A model generated the notes under the pieces. It was not told where the DNA came from. It worked only from the letters and a program-made list of their open reading frames with translations, and ran no database searches. A stretch of DNA of 64,000 bases from Dipteris shenzhenensis (Eukaryota), in the NCBI GenBank assembly GCA_047967505.1, contig CM106538.1. One strand, 5' to 3'. Positions 14,201 through 25,600 of this stretch are shown one piece after another. Numbering within the stretch: the first letter of the stretch is position 1; each line of letters opens with the position of its first letter. The translations under genes and the position numbers were made by a program.

Positions 14201-16648
14201 ACGGACTGCTAACAGGTTCACGATAGATGGGAGAACAAAAGTGAAGAGGGGACGGGCGGGAAGAAAGGGTGAGGGCAAGAAAGAGGGCTGGAAGGGGAGA
14301 GGGGGGTTGCTAGCTTGGAGTAGGTGGAGCAATGTCACGAGGGTGTGATTTCTATATAGGCTTGCATGTGGGCAGGACCCTGGGAAAACAAGGTCATGGG
14401 TTGCTTGGTGTGCTAGAACCCCTAGCAATTAATGCCTTGGGGGTAAAAATTGTGATTTGGACCAAGAAGGGGGCACAGTACCCTTAGTTTTGAAGGTAGG
14501 CCATTGGTATGCTTCTAAAAAGAGCCCCACTAGAGGGAGCTAGGGGCAAATGGAAGAGGGTGCCATGTGGAACCTTCCAAATGCCCGCCCCCCCGCCCCC
14601 CCCCGCCCCCCCCCCCCCCCCCCCCCCCCCCGGTGCATGTTGGGCAAAATAGCAAGCAAGAAAAAGAAAGGACGTGGGTTGGTAAACAAATGACAGGGAG
14701 AGAGATCTCTAGAATGGAATGTAGGATTTGGAATTTTTTGCCACGTCGCAGGAGCTGTGTGAGAAAGGACGGAGGATATCAGAATGGGAAGGGGGCTCTC
14801 TCACATCGGGCGGGCCAGTTGGAGCTGTTGAAAAAATGAATATACACAAACCCCTTCAGAGTTAGGATTAGGGTTCCAACCTTGTGCCTTGGCATGGCTC
14901 ATGGGCTGAGGCTGGAAGGACTTCAAGCTGAGCAGGGCTCCTGGCAAAAGGGGATTCTTTTCTCAAGTTGGGCTGGCAATGGCGTTGGCTGATCATGGAG
15001 GATCTCCTAACAGTCTAGGGAGGAGCTGGACAGAGCTGATTGCAGAGATGGGTCAGGACGTTGCAATACCATTGGTCTAGGGTGAACGGAGGTTCCTAGA
15101 CGGTGATTTTTGGCTCAGACTTCTCATTTTCATTTGGGAGCGCCTGGCTGGTCGTAAGGTTCTAGCTGCAAGTAGCGATTTGGTTTTTGGAGCCCTTAGC
15201 TGGTCACCAAGAGCTGCTTTGATGTCATGAATTGGTGGAGAGGGCTTGGCTGCTCACTTAGGGCCACCTTGACCTCAGAGATTGAGCTTTGGAGGGGTGG
15301 CTGGGCACAAGCCTCGAGCTTCACGTTGCATTTTTGGGCTTTGGAAGAGCGGGCTGGTGCTGTTGTGGTTTGCAGGAGAACTCACAAAAGGGGGACCTTC
15401 TAGCGGAAGCTGGAAGAAGGTTCCTATCAAAGTGATTATGCAGGGGATAAGGCTTGATAAGCACTCCCGTGGAATATTAAAGCAAGACCGAAAGTGACTT
15501 TGAGGCAAGTGGACCCCTTTTGGCAGGTATCATGTTTCGTGTGGGAACATGCTTTTAGTTTCCCTAAGAGATAGTTCACATACAAGCAGTGGCTTCAGGC
15601 ATGGCATATGTTTAGTGCAGCCTTGTTGCTAGATAGGCAAGGGTTGGGAATCCTTGCTTGAGATGGAAAGTATCCTTGGAACCCAGAGAGGGATTGTACA
15701 GGTGTGACTGCCATAGTGCTTGCTGTGTTGTGATGTAAATTCTCTTCTAGAAGAAACAGGTTGATGCCTCAGGATGTATGCTGCCAATAGGGTGAGAGAC
15801 TATAGGTCGTGGCAGTCCTGGAATGATGGAGAAATCCTGGAATGATGGAGAAAGCTCTTGTATTCTTTCCTTTTTTGCTTTGAGCAGATAGGTGGTTATT
15901 TGGGCACTAGTGGCAGTGATGGGGAACTGTGTGGCCAAGCGTGGCTACTAGTGACAGTTCCAGGCTGTGTGCAAGCTTCTTGGATTAGGGATGGAGACCT
16001 ACTGCCAGGATTGGTGAGAACAGTGAATAGTAGAGGCTATGCAGGGTATGTGGAATGCCCCAGATGCAAGAAAGAATGTATCCTTTATGTAGCCTGAAAT
16101 TTAGGGCCTCTTTGGCTGGTAATTTGTTAGTTCTACTGCCCTTTAAATTATTGAAGGCCGGTTTCAAGCAGGCATGCCATAGCTGTCTTCGTTGGGAACC
16201 TTCAGTCAGGATGTAGGCTTCTCTCTGTCAATCTGCATGGTTCCAGAAAAGAGAAAAGAAGTGTGATCTCTTGCTCTCCATGCACAGCCTTTCAAGTGTG
16301 CTCTCCACTCTCTGTATGAGAGGGGCCCTCGTTGTATGGATCACTCATTTTCAGACATTTTGACTCAAATACAGATTTTTGTTTATATCATTACAGTATC
16401 TTTTTGCTGCTTTGCTCACTCATGATACTAGATTACTAGCATCTCTTACAGATATGACATGAAAAGTTTGATTTATGTCCAATTGAGGCTTATGGGACTT
16501 GTGAGACATTAAAAAACAGCTTCATGTGGATTACATTGTTGACAATTGAGAACGTTGATAGCTGTGTATCCCATTGAAATACTTTGTATTAGATATGTCC
16601 TTGAACACACAATCATAACTTCAAAATGATCAGATTCCATTTTTCTGC

Positions 16649-16698
<50 letters not shown>

Positions 16699-19600
16699 CT
16701 GTAGATACCACTGGAAAGCTACATTTGATGTTTTTTGATTTTGAGTTTCTAGAGTTGAATTTGAATTGGCAGCTTCTTTGGGTGCTTGTTATAGCAACCA
16801 TAGCGGGAGGAATCATTCAGTCTTTGGCTTCAAACTTGGGTGTTGTTACAGGTAAACTGCTCGTTCCTTCCTTTATTTTGCTTGCCAGCAACTGCATCAG
16901 CTAAAGTGTGTGCTTCTTTCTAGAGAAGAGGTCCAAGACAGGTGGGGCTTGAATGGTTGAGCTATGTAGGAATATAGCATCATATGTGATTGGAGCAAGG
17001 TATGCTTAATTTTTCCAGGATATGATTGCCGAAGGATATTCTTGATTGCTTCCAGTAAATTCATCAAATGCCATTCTCTTAATGGTAAACTCAAAATGAC
17101 CGAGGGGATGAGCTCTCCTAACAGTGAAAAAGATTGATTATTGTGTGTATTAATGTATGCTCAGATGCGTCAGTGCACAAGAAAGAAAACTGCTTTAGAA
17201 TGCTTGAGATTCTAAACCCATACCTCCCCTTTGTCAGTGGGATTGTTGAGATCTTCCAAAAAGAATCTTCAAGACAGTTAAGATATTCTTGTTAGAATTA
17301 TTGTTATAATTTAGCAGTGACCAATGTAATGTAATAAGTAGGTTAGGGGCACTTTTCCCTCACTTAGAGGTTTTCCCCCCTAACCTTAGTTAGTTCACTA
17401 ACTACGGTTAGTGAAGGATAAGGTTTTGTCACTTAGACAAAACCTATCACTCTATTCAGTTGTACTACACTCATCTATTTGCAACTATCGTTTTCAGCTC
17501 TCTCTCTCTCTCCTGTTCCTGCTCTCTCACTTTGCTCTCTCCCTATTCCCACATTTGGTATCAGAGCAGTGTTCCTTCCTAAACGTGCTCCCAGCTCCTT
17601 GCCCAAGCTCCTCCTGCGTCGTCGCCGTACAGCCCCAGCCCGTACTGCTTCCGTACCTTTTCGTACCATCTCGTACAGCCATAATTGGCTGTTCCGTACG
17701 TACATACCAGGCCCAACTGCCCTACGCCATCTGCATCGCCGTCCGTACATTTGCCCGTACAAATGCAACGCCTGTTCCGTACATTCCATACACAGTCGCA
17801 GTACAGCCGTACAGCTCGTCCCCAGCCATACAGCTTCCGTACCGTCCGTACAAACTGCAGTACAGCTCCCTTACCGTCTGTACAAACTGGGAGTCAGGTC
17901 GTCGTACATATCCGCACATCCGTACAGGTGTACAGATTTCGACCGTACAAGATGAGCTGTACAGTTCCGTACAACTGCATTCAACTGGACTGACAGTTCC
18001 GTACTGTTAGTCCGTACAGTTTGAAGGTGAAACTGAATTCACATTTGGTCACTTTGTAGGTGGGCTTGGAAAGTTGCATTTTTGCAGGATTTTCTTTGCA
18101 GGAGGATATTGGAAAGAGTTTTGTCAGGCTCTTGTGCATACAACCATTGTTTGGCTGTATTTTTGGGAGCACATTTGGAGCTTTGGCAGACAAATTGCAA
18201 ATTTGGGGCTTTCAGTTAATTTGCCCTCTTTTGGATGCGATTTCCTTGAAGAAATTTGGGGCATTTGCAGACACAGAGCAATTTGTGCAACATTTGGGGC
18301 TTTCAGACCATTTGTCCCTTTCTGGTTGCAATTTCAAGCCACAAATTGGGGCTTTTGTTAATTTGCTCACAAATTGGGGCTTTTGTTAATTTGCTCTCTT
18401 TTGGATGCAATTTCCTTGAAGAAATTTGGAGCATTTGCAGACACAGAGCAATTTGTGCAACATTTGGAGCTTTGGCAGACAAATTGCAAATTTGGGGCTT
18501 TCAGTTAATTTGCCCTCTTTTGGATGCAATTTCCTTGAAGAAATTTGGGGCATTTGCAGACACAGAGCAATTTGTGCAACATTTGGGGCTTTTAGACCAT
18601 TTGTCCCTTTCTGGTTGCAATTTCAAGCCACAAATTGGGGCTTTTGTGTTGGGAGAGCAATTTTGCAGGTTTCAGTTCACACTGCCTTTCTGTGAGTGTT
18701 TTGAAGCACTTTTGGCAGGTTTTGGGAGAGATTGGATGCTCTGGTTGATTTCTGACAGAGACATTACAGAGATTTGAGTTGCATTTTTAGCCAGTGTTTG
18801 GCTGTGTTTTTTGGGATTTGTGCACTCCATTCCTAGCAAGGGAATTCAGATTTGCATTTGCTGTATTTTCTTTCTCAGACATGGCCCAACAAAATCAAAA
18901 TGATTTCGGTTTCAGTGGTCTCTCACAAGAGAATAAGCTGGATGGTACCAACTACTCCCACTGGGGTTTTATGGTACGGAATATTCTGATTTCCCGTAAT
19001 TTATGGGACTATGTAAATGGGGATGAGTTCCGGCCAGCAAATGTGGCACCTAATACCCCTCCCCAACAAGGAGGAGGCAGAGGTCGTGCACAAGGCATAG
19101 CTGCAGCACAAGTTATTGGTGCAGTTATACCTACCACTCCAGAGCAGAAGAGATGTGATTCACACGATGCTTTAGCTTTGTCGTTCTTTCAGTGAAAAGA
19201 TTCATCATTCCGCATATCCGGTCGTGTAAGACCTCAAAGGCAGCATGGGATATTTTGGAGAGCATGTATGCAGCTCGGAATGATGCCAGGGTGTCTTTTT
19301 TGAAAAGAGAATTGTCTCATACGCATATGGAAGAGGGTGACTTCATGTCAGTGCACCTCACAAAGCTACAGGATTTACGAGAGCAGTTGCTGAATATTGA
19401 TGAGATCATTCCTGATTTAGAGATGATTACCACTACTCTGAATTCTCTTCCTGAGTCTTATCTCAGCTTTCATACCTCGCTGAATTTGTCGTTGAGGGGG
19501 GGTGCAAATCCTCTCAATTTTCACAAGTTGATAGGACTTCTGCTGCACGAAGAGCAGACCAGGAAAAACATGGCTTCACGAGCAGGTGAACAAGCCATGC

Positions 19601-22600
19601 TTTCAAAATTCAAGCCTAAAGTAAAGGGACAGGCAAAGACTTCAGCAAATCAGCCTTCGAGTGGTTGAGGACAGCCCTCTCAAAAGGCTAAGGGTGATGT
19701 AGGAAACCCAAGAAGAAGGGACTATGTCATTACTGCAAAAAGCCAGGTCAGTACATTGGAGAATGCAAGAAAAGGCTTGCAAAAGAAAAGAAAAATAGCT
19801 CTGGTATGGCTGTTTCAGATTCAGCTCCTCATGCATCTGACAATGAGCAAGCTACAGCCAACTTTGTGGAGCACGACTATGCCTTCTTGTCTTGCATTTC
19901 AGACTCTCAGTTGGCTGCTCCGGATAGTACAGCCACTTGTAATGATGACTCTTATGCTTTTCTGACATGCAGTTATGATTCTTCCAAGGATGCATCAGCT
20001 TTCAGTGTCAATGAGACACAAAATACATGGTATTTTGATAGCGGTGCCTCAGCATATCACTTCAAGGAAGTGTCTTTTCACATCTTTGCATCCACCACCC
20101 GTTGGTAAAAAGGTCACATGTGCCAACAACTCCTCCTATTCAGTTCGTGGTACAGGAGAAGTTGAACTTACAGCCATTGATGGCTCAACATTCAAAATTT
20201 CTGATGTCTTGTATGTGCCTGGTATCACAAAAAATCTACTTTCAGTGTCCACTCTTAACAGAGCTGGATTTCAGGTCATTTTTGAAGATGACAAGTGTGC
20301 AGTCCATGACAGAGAGCATGACTATGCCTTGAGATTGTCTGGCACTTTGTTACGTGGTCTTTTTCAGCTTGACATGTATGAGAAAAGACCAGCACATGCT
20401 CTTGCAGTGTCCACTCCTACTGCTGCTATGCAGAATGCGGAGTTATGGCATGCCAGATATGGACACATGCATTATGGCAGCTTAATGACGCTTCAAAAAC
20501 ATGCCATGGTTGATGCATTGCCTCCTCTTGAAACACCTCCTCCACATGCTTGTGAAGGGTGCATTTTTGGTAAAATGCACAGATCTCCTTTTAAGAAGGA
20601 TGGATCAGTAAAAGCTGTTCGAAAATTACAGCTTATCCATAGTGATGTCTGTGGTCCCATGAGGACTCCATCATTGGGTGGTCATCTTTACTTTGTCACT
20701 TTTATAGATGACTACTCCAACTACACTTGGGTTTATGGGCTGAAACGCAAATCAGAAGTGTTTATGGTTTTCAAACACTTTGCAGCCATGGTTGAGAATG
20801 AATCCGGACTCAAGATACAGACATTACGCACAGATAGAGGAGGGGAGTATTTGTATGCAGATTTTGATGCTTTTTTGAAAGGCAAGGGCATTGTACATCA
20901 GCTTACAGTGAGGCTAACTCCTCAGCAAAATGGCAAAGCTGAGAGGAAAAATCGTACTCTTATGGAGATGGATAGATGTATGCTAAAAAGCAAAAAATTG
21001 CCTCACAAATTTTGGCTAAAAGGTCTTATGTGTGCCAATTATGTTTTGAATCGGGCACCCACAAAAGCTTTGAAGACCAAGACTCCCTATGAAGTTTGGC
21101 AAGGGAGAAAGCCTTCTGTGGATCATTTCCGTGTCTTTGGATGCCTTGCATATGCTCATGTGCCCGTTGAGTTTCAGCATAAGTTATCTGATAAGGTAAT
21201 CAAATGCATTTTTGTTGGGTACAGTGCAGAGAGCAAGGGCTACCATCTCTACAATCCTGTCACACGCAAGATTATTGTCAGTAGAGATGTTATATTTTCA
21301 GAAAATTCAGCTCACACTCAAGCTGAATTTGATTTTCCTTCTTCTTCCGATGATATGTCTTTGAGGGGTTACTACCCATTGCCTTGGGTTCCCCTGCTGA
21401 TATATCTGATGCAAATCAGAATTTTCAGATACCTCCACATGCTCCGATTCAGCCACAGGGTGTCTCACCACATCCACAAGCCGTGGAAGAGGTTGTTCAG
21501 CAAGAAATTGCAGATATACATGCAGCAAAAACAGTCCCAATTGGCTGTTACAAACTCTCAGGGAGAGTAAAATTGATGCTCCATTACCTGGCAGAACTCG
21601 GAGTGCAGTAAGGCATGGGGGAGGTGCTCTTTCAGTTGAATCAGCTTATGCAGGTACTCTTCTTGATGAGGAGGAACCTGAGACATTTGAAGAGGCACAG
21701 GATAATGTGCATTGGATGAATGCCATGCACGATGAGTTGTAGTCCATTCAGAAAAATCAGACATGGGAAGTTGTCGATTTGCCACGAAGTAAACATGCCA
21801 TAGGTGCACGGTGGGTTTTCAAAGTTAAAAGAAAGCCAGATGGCACCATTGATAGGTACAAGGCAAGGCTGGTCGCAAAAGGGTATGCTCAGAAAAAGGG
21901 CATAGACTATGAGGAGACTTTTGCTCCTACATCCAGAATGACAACCATCCGGTCAGTTATCGCCATGGCTGCAAATTTTCAATGGAATGTTCATCAGTTG
22001 GACATAAAAACAGCCTTCCTTAATGGAGACTTGTTGGAAGAGGTTTATGTCAAACAACCTCCAGGCTTTGAAATTTCAGGAAATGCACTTCAGGTATGCA
22101 AGCTGAATAAAGCTTTGTATGGGCTGAAACACGCCCCACGTGCATGGTATGCGAAAATTCATGCCTTTCTGACCAGCAAGGGGCTGCACAACAGTCCAAC
22201 TGAGAGCACCCTCTACATCAAGAAGGATGGGAGGGATATTTTAGTCATCATTCTTTATGTAGATGACTTACTGCTCACAGGGTCAAATGAAGATAATATT
22301 GCAGATTTTAAAGCTGAATTGCAGACCACTTTTGACATGTCAGATTTGGGGCTGCTACACTTTTATTTGGGGATCCAGTTCACTCAAGAGAAAAGTGGCA
22401 TCGGTATGTCTCAATCCAAGTATGTGCAAAAACTCTTGGACAGATTCAACATGCAGGATTGTAAGCCCATAGCTACTCCCATGGAGCCGGGGCTGAAGCT
22501 TACAATGCATGAAGCAGGTGAATCATTTAATGTCACACTCTACAGTCAAGCTGTTGGATGCCTCATTTATCTCTGCAATACACGACCTGATATTCAGTTT

Positions 22601-25600
22601 GCAGTTTCTCAGGTGAGCAGATATATGCACAGCCCAAATACTATGCATTGGCAGGCTGTAAAACGCATCTTCCGTTATTTGCAAGGCACCAAGTCTTTTG
22701 GCTTGATGTTTCCGAGGGGGGGTGACTTGCAGATGCATGCCTACAGCTCTCGTGGCCTAATGGATAAGGCGTCTGACTTCTAATCAGGCGATTGTGGGTT
22801 CGAGTCCCACCGGGAGTGATTCTTCAATCTCTTCATTTTTACACAGAGATTTTTTGTTCATGAGCTTTGTGTCTATTCCACAGTATCAGATTGGGCTGGA
22901 GACTATGACACTAGGCAGTACACAAGTGGCAATTGTTTCTTTTTGGGCAAAGCTTGTATTTCTTGGTTGAGCAAGAAACAATCTACAGTGGCTACCTCTT
23001 CATGTGAAGCTGAGTACAGAGCAGCTTTCACAGCGACAATTGAATGTGTTTGGCTGCGTCGTTTATTTGTTGATCTTCATCTTTCATTGGAGGGTCCTTC
23101 TCCAATTCTCACTGATAGTCAGAGTGCTATTGCAGTGGCAAAGAATCCTGTGTTTCATGCTCGCACGAAGCAGATTGAGGTTCACTATCACTACGTCAGA
23201 GAGAAGTTGCATGCAGGAGAGATCAGTATGATCTATGTGTCAACACATGACAATGTTGCAGACATTTTCACCAAAGCACTTCCACGTGAAAAGTTTGAGG
23301 CATTTCCCAGTGCCCTGAACTTATCTCCTTTTGGTGATTGATCATTTCCTTGTACATGACATTGGCACTGCAGGGGGGTGTTAGAATTATTGTTATAATT
23401 TAGCAGTGACCAGCGTAATGTAATAAGTAGGTTAGGGGCACTTTTCCATCACTTAGAGGTTTTTTCCCCTAACCACAGTTAGTTCACTAACTACGGTTAG
23501 TGAAGGATAAGGTTTTGTCTAAGTGACAAAACCTATCACTCTATTCAGTTGTACTACACTCATCTATTTGCAACTATCGTTTTCAACTCTCTCTCTCTCT
23601 CCTGTTCCTGCTCTCTCACTTTGCTCTCTCCCTATTTCCACAATTCTTTATCAGTGGGTTCCGCTAACATGTTAAAGTCAAATCTTGCATCACAAAGGCC
23701 AGTTCTGTATAAGATAAGTTGTCATCATTTGAACATTGCAATTCAGAGGTTAGATGTTCTGTTGATGTGCTATCTCTAAGCTTGTTATGAAAAGGTCAGG
23801 TTCATAAATTTGTCATAGATTGCCTTCTTTGAAATTGGAACTTTATTCACATGTTCAATCCTGTATCCTTTTTGGCTTAAAAGTTTCTCAATTCATGGAA
23901 ACTTATAAAGCTGCTTTTAATTTGAAATTTAGTATAATTACAACTGTTACTGTTTGCTTTTCATTTGTAAGCTTATGGAGACTGTATGTCATTTAAAACT
24001 TACATGGTTAGACATCTATTCAGGTTATATTTGCAAATTATCTCGATTTCAATTCTGTTCTCTCTTGGTTTAATATTTTCTTTATTTATGGAAAATGATA
24101 TACAAGCTGGTTATTTTTAAATTGTTTTCTTTTGTTTTGTAAGTTCAAAAGACATGGTCAGACATCCACTTATTATTTAAATTTGTATTTGCAAATAATC
24201 TCTTTTTCTCACAGAAGCTTGGTTTCTGGAATCACTCTGTTTCAACACTATAGCCTCTTGCTACTACTACATCAAGCTGTTGTTCCTTCTTATGACAATC
24301 TTTTAAAACAGCTTCATTTCTTTCACCAACTTCCGTCTATATCTTCAATGTGTCTAGATTTTCTTGCACTGCTTTGTGTTTGTGAGGCAGGCATAATAGA
24401 GGAAATTACCTTGGTAAACAATGTGTTGGGGAAATGCAGTATCCTTCTCACAGCGCACACAGTTTGTGGGAACATTAGGATAACACGTAAGAGAGCATTA
24501 GGTAGTCTAGCATTAAACTTCGGGAATAAGCTATTAGTGAAAGCTTGATTGGGAAGAAATCATGGGTTCTTTGATTTGCATGCAGGCAAGCATCTGGCAG
24601 AGCACTGTAGAGCCGAGTATCCAGCAAAAGCAAACTTTGTGTTGTGGATCTTGGCAGAATTAGCTATAGTTGCAAGTGACATACCAGAAGGTGACATCTG
24701 CACAGTGGCACATGTCTCTCTTTAATGCTTGCCTAATCTTCCATAAGATTCATTTGATGTCATCTTTAGCAAAGCATTGATGGGCCCTCTTAATTGCAGT
24801 TATTGGGACAGCTTATGCTCTCAATATGTTGTTTCACCTTGAGCTTTGGTTAGGAGTCATCCTGACAGGCTTGAGTACCCTCGTCTTCCTGGCACTCCAG
24901 CAGTATGGAGTGAGTTTTCAAATATTTAGCGACTTTGCCATTTTTTAAATTAAATGGTTGTAGTTGTAACTGAGTGATGGGTTTGCATTTCTTTAGGAAA
25001 AACATGATTCATTCTAGTGTACTTCTTCCATGGTCTTTTTGCAGGTGAGAAAGCTTGAAGTGTTCATTTTCTTCTTGGTTGTAGCAATTGCAAGCTGCTT
25101 CTTTGTAGAATTACAGTATGCAAAGCCTTCATACAAAGAGATTATGTATGGACTTGTTGTTCCAAGCTTGCAAGGGGATGGTGCATTTGGGATAGCCATT
25201 TCTCTTCTTGGTGCCATGGTTATGCCGTAAGTTTTTCTGCTAATTGATGTACTCCATGATGTGCACACAGTTTGAGAATTCTGAAAGTGATGGATTCAAG
25301 TACAACATAATGATTTCTTCATGGATAGTTCTTGAATGTGTGGTGTGTGAAGTGCAAGATGGTACAAAAAGCTGATAGAGTTGTTGGAAGTCAGGGGTTC
25401 GACTGGCGAAACCATAGGATCAATTTATGTGATAAAGGAAGCAAGAAGATAAGAGAAGTTGAATTTTTGAAGCGTGGTAGATTAAAGAATACAAGCCACT
25501 TACCTGATTAACTCGGGTCTATAATGCAATGCTACTTCTTGGTGCATGCAGGGCTTTGCTGACCCCTTGCTGGCCCGCCTGGTCACCAGCCACTGGCCCA

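Larger units (their letters stand above)
12200..14870 (-). mobile_element. 3'-truncated Ty1/Copia (leader, gag from ATG at 13792, PR, start of IN), related to the element at 17290-23642
   Basis: [40 protein letters not shown] and GKMHRFPF match the gag-pol at 18881-20600. Upstream boundary is approximate. Confidence 0.85.
17290..23642 (+). mobile_element. Full-length Ty1/Copia LTR retrotransposon in an NRAMP intron, sense orientation, inactivated
   Basis: Two 264-bp TG...CA LTRs, 5-bp TSD ATTCT (17285-17289 / 23643-23647), PBS and PPT. gag-PR-IN-RT-RH spans 18881-23341 with frameshifts and stops. Confidence 0.98.

Noticed and set aside
14567-14839. Polyproline ORF (extensin/formin-like)
   Set aside because: Translation of the poly-C tract within a TE leader.
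17411-18010. Several overlapping 100-200 aa ORFs rich in P/Y/V/R/T
   Set aside because: By-products of the stop-poor CCGTAC array and LTR sequence; no domain signature.
18171-18647. CRISPR-like repeat-spacer array
   Set aside because: The spacers are themselves duplicated, the context is a plant retrotransposon, and there are no cas genes.
22746-22883. tRNA insert as a GC-AG intron that restores pol
   Set aside because: Splicing would be in frame (AYISDW), but the GC donor lacks consensus (GCTCTC), the catalytic Asp would still be missing, and the element has other inactivating lesions.
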